Assembly (NCBI GenBank): GCA_044345405.1
Contig: JBIJBE010000033.1
Span: forward strand, 1-40,888
Length of the DNA: 40,888 bases
Origin: Bdellovibrionota bacterium
GTDB taxonomy: Bacteria > Bdellovibrionota_C > UBA2361 > OMII01
Direction: 5' to 3'
Both the position numbers and the translations under genes were made by a program. The notes beneath the pieces are model-generated. The model had not been told where the DNA came from. It did no database searches and saw only the letters and a program-made list of their open reading frames with translations. Positions 20,164-29,889 of this stretch are shown here, piece after piece; within the stretch, counting starts at the first letter, position 1; the number at the start of each line of letters is the position of its first letter.

Positions 20164-23100
20164 ATGGATACTTTTTCGTCAAGCGATCGCTCTTTTGTCG
20201 GAGAGCTTCGTGGAGTATCGCTCAGCGCGCTCTTTCACCTCCTCACGCTCGTCATTACCGTCACCGCCTTTACTCCCGCCTCCTCATTTGCAGATGTTCC
20301 CGCGGCGCCCGCGCACCGGAGCTCTGCAAAGCTGTCACTCGTCAGCGTTGCGCCTGCCGGCGATGACGTTCCGCCACCGAACCAGATAGTGTTCACCTTC
20401 GACCAGCAGGTTGTTCCGCTTGGGCGGATGGAGCGAGCGGCAAACGAGATCGGGATCTCAATAACACCTCCGCTTGGGTGTCAGTGGCGGTGGATTAACA
20501 CCTCCGCGCTCGCGTGCACCTTAAACGAGAAGGATCTGCCGAAGGTGGCGACCCGTTACACCCTCGTTGTGCCAAAGACCTTCGACACGACGAGGGGTCA
20601 GGCGCTTTCGGAAGATGTTACCCGGGTCTTCACCACTAACCGACCCCAGATTACCGAGTCGTGGTTCAAGGGGTGGAACGGCCCAGGCGAGCCGGTTATC
20701 GGTATTGCCCTCAATCAGCGGGTCAGTGAGGAGAGTGTGAAAAACCATCTCCTCCTGGTCGACGAACGGGGATCTGCCTACGAGCTTAACGTCACGCAGA
20801 TGCCGCTTAGCCCTGACGAGATTGAGGACCAACGAATCGGGATTGTCGAACCCCATCGGTGGCTTCTTTCTCCGGTTAAACCGTTACCACTCGACACGGC
20901 CGTCTCACTGAAGGTTACGCCTGGTATGTTGTCAGAAGAGGGGAACGAGACAGGTACCGAGAATCGGGTGGTTGTGTCGTTTAGTACCTTTCCCCAGTTC
21001 GCGTTCCTTGGCGTATCGTGTACGACGAACGATGGCAAGGTGGTCGAGGTAATTGGCAAAGGGAAGCCGCAAGGAGCGTGCGATCCGTTGAATGGAGTTC
21101 GACTTCTCTTCTCCGCGCCAGTCTTAAAGGATCAGGTCGCCCGAGCGTTGAAGTCACAGCCGGATTTGCGAGGAGGAAGAACCGATTTCGATCCGTGGGA
21201 CGAGGTGTATTCAGAATCGCAACTGACCTACGCTCACCGCAAGGACAGCCGCTACTCGGTGAGCCTTCCCTACGGACTCCGCGCCAACGCTACCTACACC
21301 CTCTCCGCGGATGGGAGCGCGATTCGTGATGAGTTTGGTCGCGAGCTCTCCCAGAGCGTTTTCGCCAACTTCTCGACCTCTCACCGCGCGCCTCGATATC
21401 ACCTTGAAAACCAGATCTCTGTGCTCGAGAAAGAGACAGATTCAAAGTTGCCACTCATCGTGAATAACCTTTCCCACGTCACGTTGAACTATCAGGCCGT
21501 AACCACGTCGAGCAATAGGAGCGGCCTTAGCAAGGTACTCACACCGTACAACGCGCAAGATATCGCGTACCCGTTTCCTATCGATACGCGAGAGCTCCTT
21601 CAGGGCCGTTCGGGAATCGTGCAAGGAGATCTCTCCACGACACCGCGTACGCGTGAGGGGGGGCAGTGGTTCTTCTCGCAGGTTACCCCGTACGAGGTGC
21701 ACGCGAAGCTTGGACACTTCAGCTCGCTTGTGTGGGTGACCTCGTTCGCGACGGGCGCGCCGATTACGGACGCGAAGGTAGCGATCGTTGTCGATACCAT
21801 GACAAACCTCAGTAAGAATCGTGAGGCCTTGGCCTCCGCTCAAACCGACAGTCGGGGGCTCGCTCAGCTTCCGGGCGCTCGCACCTTCGATCCATCACTG
21901 AGTCGTATGAACGAGTGGGAATACAAAAAACCTCGCGTCATCGTGACCGTAGAGAAGGATGGGGAACTCGCCTATCTCCCCGTGTCCTGGGATTTTCAAG
22001 TGTACGCCGGTGAGGTGTATCCAAGTACACGGAAGGTGTACGGACATGTGCACTCATGGGGAACAACGGCGCAAGGGGTGTACAAAGCGGGTGACGCCGT
22101 ACAGTTCGCGTTATGGGTACGAGATCAGAACGATACGACCTTCGTATCCGCTCCGAGATCGGGATACAAACTTGAGGTACTCGATCCAACCGGAAAGAGC
22201 GTCTTTGAAGCGGCGAATATCACCCTCTCGGAGTTCGGCGGTTACGCCGGTGAGTTCATCACGAAGCGGGACGCGGCCGTTGGGTGGTATACGTTTAACC
22301 TTACCGCGCCGTTTCTTCCTGACACACTCTCGCCATTGAGGGTTCTTGTCAGCGATTTCACACCCGCGTCCTTCAAGGTCGAATCTGATCTAAAGGGCAC
22401 CGCTTTCCGCGCCGAGTATCCCGTTACCGTTACAACCGAAGCCCGCCTTCACGCTGGTGGTCCGTATACTGACGCCGCGACCCGGGTGACCGCGGTTGTT
22501 CGTGGAGCGCCGCTTGCGGCGCAGGACCCTCGGTACGACGGGTTTCAATTCGATTCCGACGTCGGTGAGGACGCACAGGTGTTCCAAGAGGAGCGACCAC
22601 TCGATTCCCGCGGAGATCTCGTCACAAACTTCACGCTACCGAAGGTTGAGATACCGTACGGGACGTTGGTGGTTGAGAGCGCGGTGCGAGACGATCGTGG
22701 TAAGCACGTAGTAAATGTAGCGACGGCGACGTTTATCGGACGGGATAGGTTCGTTGGGATCGCGCACAGCGGGTGGCTCCTCAGCGCTGGTAAGGAAACG
22801 ACCTTCCAGGGGCTCGTGGTGAACGAGGTTGGTCAACCACTTCCAAGCGCCCCATTCTCGATGAAGGTTGAGTACGAAGACACCAAAGCCGTGCGGGTGA
22901 AGAGCGCTGGAAACGTCTACGTGACTAAATACGAGAACACATGGACCGAGGTCGCCTCGTGCGTTCTCACCTCGGCGGCCGCGCCAGTATCGTGCGCCTT
23001 CACCCCGAGTCGGCCAGGTGAGTATCGACTTTCCGCGTCGGTGACCGATAGCAAGGGAAGGGAACATCGAAGCGAGCTCACCCGCTGGGCGAGTGGTCGG

Positions 23101-25965
23101 GGCGATGTAGTATGGAATTCGGGGCAAAACACCGAGCTGCAGATCGTACCTGAAAAAAGAAGCTATAGGGTAGGTGAGGTCGCGAAGTTCCTCATTCAGA
23201 ACCCCTATCCGGGAGCGCAGGCGCTTTTTACCACGGAGCGTTACGGCATTCAGAGCTCGTGGACCAAGACCCTGACTGAGAACGTGGAGGTCGTTGAACT
23301 TCCGATCGCCAAGGATCATATCCCCGGCGTCTTTCTCTCGGCGACGATCGTATCGCCCCGGGTAGAGAAGCCGATTGAGAACAAGGTCGATCTCGGTAAG
23401 CCGGCGTTCCGAATGGGTTACGCTAAGGTCGCCGTCGTTGATCCGGCGAAACAGGTAACTGTTTCAGTGAAACCGCGCCAAGGTATTTACAAGCCAGGCG
23501 AAACGGTCACGGTGGATGTCGCGGGTCGCGCCACCGGTGACACGCCGCAGCAGTTAGAGTACGCGGTGACCGTCCTCGATGAAGGGGTGTTCGATCTTAT
23601 TCAAGGGAAAGATTCGTACTTCGACCCATACCGCGGATTCTATACACTCGATGAACTCGATGTTCGAAACCTTAACCTCATTCGGATGCTTGTCGGAAGA
23701 CAGAACTTCGAGAAGAAGGGGGCGAACGCCGGCGGCGACGGTGGCTCAACGCTCGATATGCGTACGATCAAGCGCTATGTGAGCTACTGGAATCCATCGG
23801 TCACGCCGGACGCGGCGGGCAACGCCACCTTTTCCTTTGAAGCTCCCGATAACCTTACGGGCTGGAAGGTTATCGTGATGGCGATGACGAAGGAGGACCA
23901 GATGGGGCTCGGTTCCGCTGGCTTCAAGGTCAACAAAGATACCGAGGTCAGAGCAGCGTTGCCGAATCAGGTTCGGGAAGGGGACACCTTTACGGCGACC
24001 TTTACCGTAATGAATCGAAGTGACCGAGTTCGGGACCTTACTGTTGAAGCCAGGGTCGAAGGGAATGCTGCTCTTGGGGCCCCGCAAACCCTCACGATTC
24101 AGGCGGAGCCATTCAAGAGATATCCCGTTCAGATGCAGGCAACAGCGCAGATCGTCGGAGAAGCTCGGTTCGTGGTTACGGCGCGCGATAGTGCTGATGG
24201 CGATTCGGTGCTTGGTACCGTATCGGTTCTGCCACGTGTCGCGCTTCAAACCGCCGCCACCTTCGGATCCGCTGATGGGAGCCCAGTGCGAGAGGAGATC
24301 TCGTTCCCACCGGATCTGAACCCGAGCGCCGGTGAGCTTGAAGTCGTACTCACCTCATCGATCCTTGGAGGGCTTGAGGGTGCGGTCTCATACATGAGGG
24401 AGTACCCCTATGGGTGTTGGGAGCAGAAGATATCCAAAGCGGTCATGGCCGCACACTACCTCGCCCTCCGAAAGCACCTCCCCGCAAGCCTGACGTGGCC
24501 TAACGCCGACTCCATCGTGAAGGATGTGTTGGGGGAGATCTCATCATTCCAAGCCCCGAGTGGAGGCATGGGCTTTTATGGCTCCGATGAGGGCGCGGTG
24601 AGCCCGTACCTCAGCGCCTACACGGCGCTCGCGCTCGCATGGCTGCGGGATCTTGGCTACTCGGTACCTGAGAACGAGGAAAAGAAGCTCCTCAGCTACC
24701 TCTCGGAGCTTCTCAAAAAGGAGAGCTTTCCAACCTTCTTCTCACCGGGGATGCGTTCGAGCGTGCGCGCGGTCGCCTTAGCGGCGCTTGCGGCTAGGAA
24801 GAAGGCAACGGTGGAGGATCTCAATCGATACCGAGGCGCCGTGCGAGAGATGAACCTCTTTGGCAAGGCGATGTACCTCTCGGCCGCCACTGGGGTAGCA
24901 AAAGGTGAGGCGTTCGCGAGTGAGGCAGAGCGTCAGATTCGCTCCTTCGGTACCCAATCCGCCGGCACGTTGCGCTTTACGGAGCCGGTAGAGGCGTTGT
25001 CGAGCCGCATTCTGGACTCAAACATGAGAACGCACTGCGCTATCCTCGACGGGCTGATGCGGGAAGCTGCTAACGGTTCTCAAGAAACGAAGGAACGCGT
25101 TACGCCGCTCATTCAACCGCTCGTACGCTCGATCACGCTAGAGCGAAAACGAAAGGATCGGTGGGAGAACACGCAGGAGAACACCTTCTGCGTTCACGCG
25201 CTCGCTCAGTACGCCGCTCAATTTGAGCACGACCGACCGAACCTGGACCTCTCGGTTCGTCTAAACGGTGAGGAGCTTGGAAAGGTCGCCATGAAGGCAC
25301 CGTCAAGTGAACCTATCGAGGTTTCACGACCGCTCAAGGCGACCGACGCCGGCCGTACCGACGCGCTCACGATTACGCCGGATGGAAAGGGCCGCTTCTA
25401 CTACACCTCTCGACTGTCGTATTCGCCGAAGGACCTTAAGACCACCGCTACAAACGGGGGTATGGAGCTAGTTCGCCAGTACAGCGTGAAGCGAAACGGG
25501 CAGTGGATACTCCTGAACGAGCCCCTTGCGCTCACGCAGGGCGAGCTCGTGAAGGTAGATCTCTACCTCTCACTCGCTACGCCTCGTTCGTTTGTTGTTG
25601 TGAGCGATCCGATCCCCGGAGGTCTTGAGCCCGTTAATAGGGATCTCGCAACGTCCTCCGTGGTAGATGGAACCGTCAGGGCGTTCGAGGGGCCGCAGAA
25701 CGCCGCCTGGTTTGATGGTCGAGAGTGGATCGACTTCGGTGTGAATCAGTGGAGCTTCTACCACAAGGAGCTCCGACACAGCGCGGCTCGATTTTACTCG
25801 GAGTATCTCCCCGCCGGTCACTACCACCTCTCGTATGTGAGTCAAGCGATCGCGGTGGGTGGGTTCATTGCCCTACCTACTCACGCGGAGGAGATGTACG
25901 ACCCAGATGTCTTCGGGGATTCGGCTCCCACAACGCTTACGGTCTCTTCGACACAGTTGAAATAG
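20164..25965 (+). CDS. Bacterial alpha-2-macroglobulin
   Basis: 1933 aa. Thioester motif YPYGCWEQ (CWEQ at 24415-24426), GVYKAGD, GGDGG, PDNLTGW, DPIPGGLEPVN and AEEMYDPDVFG; lies upstream of pbpC. Confidence 0.95.
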   Translation: MDTFSSSDRSFVGELRGVSLSALFHLLTLVITVTAFTPASSFADVPAAPAHRSSAKLSLVSVAPAGDDVPPPNQIVFTFDQQVVPLGRMERAANEIGISITPPLGCQWRWINTSALACTLNEKDLPKVATRYTLVVPKTFDTTRGQALSEDVTRVFTTNRPQITESWFKGWNGPGEPVIGIALNQRVSEESVKNHLLLVDERGSAYELNVTQMPLSPDEIEDQRIGIVEPHRWLLSPVKPLPLDTAVSLKVTPGMLSEEGNETGTENRVVVSFSTFPQFAFLGVSCTTNDGKVVEVIGKGKPQGACDPLNGVRLLFSAPVLKDQVARALKSQPDLRGGRTDFDPWDEVYSESQLTYAHRKDSRYSVSLPYGLRANATYTLSADGSAIRDEFGRELSQSVFANFSTSHRAPRYHLENQISVLEKETDSKLPLIVNNLSHVTLNYQAVTTSSNRSGLSKVLTPYNAQDIAYPFPIDTRELLQGRSGIVQGDLSTTPRTREGGQWFFSQVTPYEVHAKLGHFSSLVWVTSFATGAPITDAKVAIVVDTMTNLSKNREALASAQTDSRGLAQLPGARTFDPSLSRMNEWEYKKPRVIVTVEKDGELAYLPVSWDFQVYAGEVYPSTRKVYGHVHSWGTTAQGVYKAGDAVQFALWVRDQNDTTFVSAPRSGYKLEVLDPTGKSVFEAANITLSEFGGYAGEFITKRDAAVGWYTFNLTAPFLPDTLSPLRVLVSDFTPASFKVESDLKGTAFRAEYPVTVTTEARLHAGGPYTDAATRVTAVVRGAPLAAQDPRYDGFQFDSDVGEDAQVFQEERPLDSRGDLVTNFTLPKVEIPYGTLVVESAVRDDRGKHVVNVATATFIGRDRFVGIAHSGWLLSAGKETTFQGLVVNEVGQPLPSAPFSMKVEYEDTKAVRVKSAGNVYVTKYENTWTEVASCVLTSAAAPVSCAFTPSRPGEYRLSASVTDSKGREHRSELTRWASGRGDVVWNSGQNTELQIVPEKRSYRVGEVAKFLIQNPYPGAQALFTTERYGIQSSWTKTLTENVEVVELPIAKDHIPGVFLSATIVSPRVEKPIENKVDLGKPAFRMGYAKVAVVDPAKQVTVSVKPRQGIYKPGETVTVDVAGRATGDTPQQLEYAVTVLDEGVFDLIQGKDSYFDPYRGFYTLDELDVRNLNLIRMLVGRQNFEKKGANAGGDGGSTLDMRTIKRYVSYWNPSVTPDAAGNATFSFEAPDNLTGWKVIVMAMTKEDQMGLGSAGFKVNKDTEVRAALPNQVREGDTFTATFTVMNRSDRVRDLTVEARVEGNAALGAPQTLTIQAEPFKRYPVQMQATAQIVGEARFVVTARDSADGDSVLGTVSVLPRVALQTAATFGSADGSPVREEISFPPDLNPSAGELEVVLTSSILGGLEGAVSYMREYPYGCWEQKISKAVMAAHYLALRKHLPASLTWPNADSIVKDVLGEISSFQAPSGGMGFYGSDEGAVSPYLSAYTALALAWLRDLGYSVPENEEKKLLSYLSELLKKESFPTFFSPGMRSSVRAVALAALAARKKATVEDLNRYRGAVREMNLFGKAMYLSAATGVAKGEAFASEAERQIRSFGTQSAGTLRFTEPVEALSSRILDSNMRTHCAILDGLMREAANGSQETKERVTPLIQPLVRSITLERKRKDRWENTQENTFCVHALAQYAAQFEHDRPNLDLSVRLNGEELGKVAMKAPSSEPIEVSRPLKATDAGRTDALTITPDGKGRFYYTSRLSYSPKDLKTTATNGGMELVRQYSVKRNGQWILLNEPLALTQGELVKVDLYLSLATPRSFVVVSDPIPGGLEPVNRDLATSSVVDGTVRAFEGPQNAAWFDGREWIDFGVNQWSFYHKELRHSAARFYSEYLPAGHYHLSYVSQAIAVGGFIALPTHAEEMYDPDVFGDSAPTTLTVSSTQLK

Positions 25966-25967
25966 CG

Positions 25968-28190
25968 ATGAGGTGGCTTCTGGCGCTAATCGGTTCGGTC
26001 GGTGCGGGGGCGTGCATCCTCGCCCTTTCCGTCTCGTTCGCTCTTGAGCCCCTTCCTGAACTGCTGCAACCGCCGGGAGCGCCTGCGGGGAAACGACAAC
26101 AGGTAGTGGATCGAAGAGGTACGCCACTCTCCTACACCTACTCGCACAGTTGGAACTACAGCGACCAGCGCCCCCTTCACGCCATCCCGCAAGGGCTACA
26201 GCACGCCATTGTCGAAGCTGAAGACCAGCGATTCTATCACCATAGTGGGGTTGATTGGATCGCGCGGTGTCACGCGATGTGGCAGAACCTTCGCGCGCTT
26301 CGAGTTGTACGGGGAGCGAGCACGATCACCGAGCAGGTGGTGAGGATGTTCCATCCCCGGCCCCGCACCGTGTGGTCACGTTTTGTTGAGGGATTTGAGG
26401 CCCGGGCGTTAGAGCGGAGATTTTCGAAGGGGGAGATCTTGGAGTTTTATCTTAATCAGGTCCCCTTCGGCGCTCGACGTCGAGGTGTCGTCCAAGCGGC
26501 GCGGTATTTCTGGGACCGAGATATTGAGACCTTGAGCGATCGGGAGCGATTAGCCCTCGCGGTCATGGTACGAGCGCCCGATCGGCTTGACCTGCACAAG
26601 AATCCCCACGGGATTGATCGTGGGGTGTCGATCCTCGCGAGCGATCTCCAACGTGAGGGATTGCTTGATGAGGACGCCCGAGCGGCGCTCTCAATTGAGA
26701 AGCTTGACCTAACGCGGGCGGACCTTGCGGTGCGCGCCGATCACTTCATTCGGTACGTCCAGGCGCGGGCCTCGGGGAGCGATACCGCGACGATTCGAAC
26801 AACCCTAGATGGTAACCTCCAGAGGCGAGTTCAGGAGATCCTCGATACCAGGGTAAAGGCGCTCGGCCCGAAGCAGGTAACCGATGGAGCCGTGCTCATA
26901 GTTTCTAACCGAACAGCTGAGGTCATCTCGTGGGTGAATGGTGATGGTGAGGGAGAGGGAGAGGGGAGTCAGATCGACGCGGTTGTGACACCTCGGCAAC
27001 CAGGATCCACGCTCAAACCCTTCCTCTATGCCGCCGCACTCGCGAAGGGGTGGTCATCGGCCACTATCATCAAGGACGCACCGTTGGCGGAGCCTGTGGG
27101 GGCAGGACTCCACACCTATCGTAATTACAGTCGGATGCACTACGGAGATATCTCGCTACGGGAGGCGCTCGGAAACTCGCTCAATATCCCCGCGATAAAG
27201 GCCGTTCAATTTGTCGGGAAGTATGAGTTCCTTCAGTTCCTGCGAAGCGTTGGGTTTGTATCCCTCGACAAGGGCGCTGAGTTTTATGGCGAGGGGCTCG
27301 CCCTGGGCAATGGAGAGGTTACGCTGTTCGAGTTGGTGCAGGGGTACGCTGCACTCGCGCGCCGTGGCGTGTGGAGACCGCTCAAGGTTACCCTTAACGA
27401 CGATTCCCCCATGAACACCTCGCCACGACAGGCACTAAGCCCTGAAGTGAGTAGCTTGATAGGAGATATCCTCTCCGACCCGCAGGCCCGACGGCGTGAG
27501 TTCGGAAGCGACGGATTGCTTCGACTGCCGGTGCAAACGGCCGTGAAGACCGGGACCTCGACCGATTATCGAGACGCCTGGGTCATCGGCTATACCGAGG
27601 AGTATACCGTTGGGGTGTGGATGGGGAACCTCAATCGCCTCTCTATGCACGATATCACGGGGGCCAAGGGCCCTGCGTTGGTCCTTCGAAGCGTCTTCGC
27701 GGAGCTTCAGCGGCTCGGGGAATCGCAATCGCTCTACCTCGATCCATCGCTTCTTCCGCGCGGGGTTTGTACACATTCAGGCAAGCTTGCTGGCGCATCG
27801 TGCCCACATGTTGAAGAGCTCTTCGTCACCGGCACGGAGCCAACCGCGAGATGTAACGGTCGCCACGGACCACAGCGGCCCAGCGACAGCGACGCGTACC
27901 ACAGCCCCCCTTCGGTGAGGATAACTATGCCGACCCCTGGTCTCCACATCGCGAGAGATCCTCGCATTCCAGACCATCTTGAGGCATTACCTTTTGAGAT
28001 AGCGGCCCACGGAGAGGTATCTGAGGTCCGGTGGTTCGTAGATGGAAGTGAGGTTGCAAGGACTCAGGGAGGCTCCACGAAGGCACTGTGGCCACTCACT
28101 GAAGGGCGCCATACGGTGAAGGCGACCGTTCGTTTCGCCGCGACGGGCGAGGTGGTTCCATCTCAGGAGGTTGGTTTCTGGGTTAGGTAG
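25968..28190 (+). CDS. pbpC: Penicillin-binding protein 1C
   Basis: Transglycosylase motifs EDQRFYHHSGVD and GASTITEQ; transpeptidase motifs STLK, SLN and KTG; C-terminal Ig-like domain. ATG 25968 is 2 nt after the A2M stop. Confidence 0.93.
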   Translation: MRWLLALIGSVGAGACILALSVSFALEPLPELLQPPGAPAGKRQQVVDRRGTPLSYTYSHSWNYSDQRPLHAIPQGLQHAIVEAEDQRFYHHSGVDWIARCHAMWQNLRALRVVRGASTITEQVVRMFHPRPRTVWSRFVEGFEARALERRFSKGEILEFYLNQVPFGARRRGVVQAARYFWDRDIETLSDRERLALAVMVRAPDRLDLHKNPHGIDRGVSILASDLQREGLLDEDARAALSIEKLDLTRADLAVRADHFIRYVQARASGSDTATIRTTLDGNLQRRVQEILDTRVKALGPKQVTDGAVLIVSNRTAEVISWVNGDGEGEGEGSQIDAVVTPRQPGSTLKPFLYAAALAKGWSSATIIKDAPLAEPVGAGLHTYRNYSRMHYGDISLREALGNSLNIPAIKAVQFVGKYEFLQFLRSVGFVSLDKGAEFYGEGLALGNGEVTLFELVQGYAALARRGVWRPLKVTLNDDSPMNTSPRQALSPEVSSLIGDILSDPQARRREFGSDGLLRLPVQTAVKTGTSTDYRDAWVIGYTEEYTVGVWMGNLNRLSMHDITGAKGPALVLRSVFAELQRLGESQSLYLDPSLLPRGVCTHSGKLAGASCPHVEELFVTGTEPTARCNGRHGPQRPSDSDAYHSPPSVRITMPTPGLHIARDPRIPDHLEALPFEIAAHGEVSEVRWFVDGSEVARTQGGSTKALWPLTEGRHTVKATVRFAATGEVVPSQEVGFWVR

Positions 28191-28195
28191 TGACT

Positions 28196-28882
28196 CTACT
28201 CAGAAACGTAACCGGCGAGTCCCTCTTCGAGCTTCCTCAGCCCCAAGTGCACTCGGCTCTTTACCGTCCCAAGCGGGATCTGCAGGGTCTTCGCAATATC
28301 CGCGTACGGCACCTCCTCCATTCGAAGGGTGATAGCCTCCCGAAGATTGTCGGGGAGCTCGGCTATGATTGAACGAATCCTCTCACCTATCTCCCGGCGA
28401 TCTTCTTGCTCGAAAAATATAACCGCCGGATTGCCCTCTCCCGTATCGGAAATGTGGCTCATATCGGGAACGCCGTAACTCTCGGGTCGGGTGCTCATAC
28501 AAACTGTCCGACCGTGACCAGCTCGGCGCCAGGAGTCAACGGCTGTTCGAGAGGCGATTGTACCGATCCAGTTTCCAGCCGGATGATTCAGGTCGTATGA
28601 CTCGATATACCTCCAGACTTTGAGTAACACCTCTTGCGAGATATCATCGATATCCGAAGCGTCCTTGGTTGGATCTCTTCGGCGAAGGTAGGCGCGAGTA
28701 AACCTTCCCACTAGTTCAACAGCTCCACTGGCACCGAGCCCTGAGTCATCCCCCGATACCTTAGCCGCAAGGATCTCCTCGAGGGCGACCTCAAGCTTTA
28801 CGGAAGCATCAGGCACCCGAGGTGGCTTGGCGGATGATAGATCCGCCGTTCGGTGGGCTGTAGGGCATGGAGTAACGCTCAT
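28196..28882 (-). CDS. ECF-type RNA polymerase sigma factor
   Basis: Region 2 DDISQEVLLKVW...WIGTIASRTAVDSWRR; region 4 LPDNLREAITLR...YADIAKTLQIPLGTVKSRVH. Confidence 0.92.
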   Translation of the reverse strand: MSVTPCPTAHRTADLSSAKPPRVPDASVKLEVALEEILAAKVSGDDSGLGASGAVELVGRFTRAYLRRRDPTKDASDIDDISQEVLLKVWRYIESYDLNHPAGNWIGTIASRTAVDSWRRAGHGRTVCMSTRPESYGVPDMSHISDTGEGNPAVIFFEQEDRREIGERIRSIIAELPDNLREAITLRMEEVPYADIAKTLQIPLGTVKSRVHLGLRKLEEGLAGYVSE

Positions 28883-28888
28883 CGCCGA

Positions 28889-28894
28889 ATTATA
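28889..28894 (-). promoter_or_regulatory. Consensus -10 hexamer 6 nt upstream of the ECF sigma start codon
   Basis: The minus strand reads TATAAT-TCGGCG-ATG. No SD and no convincing -35. Confidence 0.45.
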
Positions 28895-29059
28895 CTATGC
28901 AGCCCCGCATTACGGTACTCCGGGGGGCAAATTTTACGCACCTCCAAAAAAGCCCCAAAAACACCTTAGCTCAATCTTCGCGTACCCGAAATGACGGAGG
29001 CAGTCCGTGCATACGCATCCATACCGATAGGGTTCACATGGTGGGGGCGTGGGACCCCC

Positions 29060-29094
29060 AAAACAAAAGAGGCCCCGGGTTTCCCCGGAGCCTC
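29060..29094 (-). terminator. Rho-independent terminator of the pilin gene
   Basis: The minus strand reads GAGGCTCCGGG-GAAA-CCCGGGGCCTC-TTTTGTTTT, 40 nt after the pilin stop. Confidence 0.88.
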
Positions 29095-29134
29095 CTCCTT
29101 CTTCCTCACGCTTTCGCGAGAGTCGAATTCGGTC

Positions 29135-29533
29135 TTACGACTGAATTCCGATATCGTTGAAGAAGGTACCCATGAGCGAGCGAAGGATGAATGATCCTAC
29201 CGCTACGACCATCAAGCTAAGCGCAGCTTTGTACTGACCGAAAGCCGCCGACATGATAGCTCCGATTCCGGAAGCCGCCATGATCAACGCTCCGAACGAA
29301 CCCTCAAGGTACGTCATAATAGCGTTAACCGCGTTGGTAATACGGTCATCGTTGTACTGAATCGCCGCGCCGGAGCTGATCTGCGCGCTTACATCGTGCG
29401 AGAGCCCGAGCCCAAGCACCGCTACACCCGCAACGAAGAGAGCGAGGCGAGCCTGCTTCTCAGTTGGAGCGATCGTAGCCGCGGAGATCTTCTGTCCAAG
29501 CGTTACATACGCGTTCTTAATCTTCGTAATCAT
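29135..29533 (-). CDS. VirB2/TrbC/TraA-like T4SS pilin
   Basis: 132 aa with a long leader ending VSA|Q, an amphipathic helix (ITNAVNAIMTYLEG), and two hydrophobic helices split by GQYK. Co-oriented with the tra cluster. Confidence 0.78.
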   Translation of the reverse strand: MITKIKNAYVTLGQKISAATIAPTEKQARLALFVAGVAVLGLGLSHDVSAQISSGAAIQYNDDRITNAVNAIMTYLEGSFGALIMAASGIGAIMSAAFGQYKAALSLMVVAVGSFILRSLMGTFFNDIGIQS

Positions 29534-29582
29534 ACCACACCTAAAATACGTTAAACGTTCTTACTTCATGCTTCGTTTGTTT

Positions 29583-29622
29583 GACATGAATCTCATGTCC
29601 CAGTTTCATAAGTGTTATAGCA
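29583..29622 (-). promoter_or_regulatory. Putative pilin promoter (extended -10) with a downstream palindrome
   Basis: The minus strand has TGCTATAAC at 29622-29614. A perfect inverted repeat GACATGA-atc-TCATGTC sits at 29583-29599. Confidence 0.5.
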
Positions 29623-29770
29623 GAGTCTTCATTCTTAGTTGCATAAGAGGGAACAGATTTGAGGAAAAAGGGTCTGTGGCATGTAGCGGAGGAGTTGGGC
29701 CGGCAAGAGTGGCTGTAAGTGCCTGATATGACGAGCGCTTCTATGTCGCGAGAAGCGGAGGTTCTCGCTT

Positions 29771-29854
29771 ACGTCCCCGTTCACGTATTCCGTAAGACGT
29801 AAACCGTCGACGTGTATCGGGTTACGTTCAAACGTCAAAGTCCAACGTCACCGT
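29771..29854. repeat. Degenerate (A/C)CGT array with 6-8 nt period
   Basis: ACGT at 29771, 29783, 29797, 29810, 29824, 29832 and 29845; CCGT at 29777, 29790, 29804 and 29851. Confidence 0.7.
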
Positions 29855-29889
29855 CTTAGAAGTCAGGTGTATCAGCGACAAGGCCGTGG

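Noticed and set aside
25725-25967. N-terminal extension of PBP1C in the ORF track (similar extensions for the amidase, CoaBC and the 39142 gene)
   Set aside because: These extensions overlap upstream genes or precede clear signal peptides; downstream ATGs fit better.
29771-29854. Array considered as a CRISPR, iterons or an oriT
   Set aside because: The units are only 6-8 nt with 3-4 nt cores. There is no repeat-spacer structure, no cas or rep gene, and no recognisable nic site.
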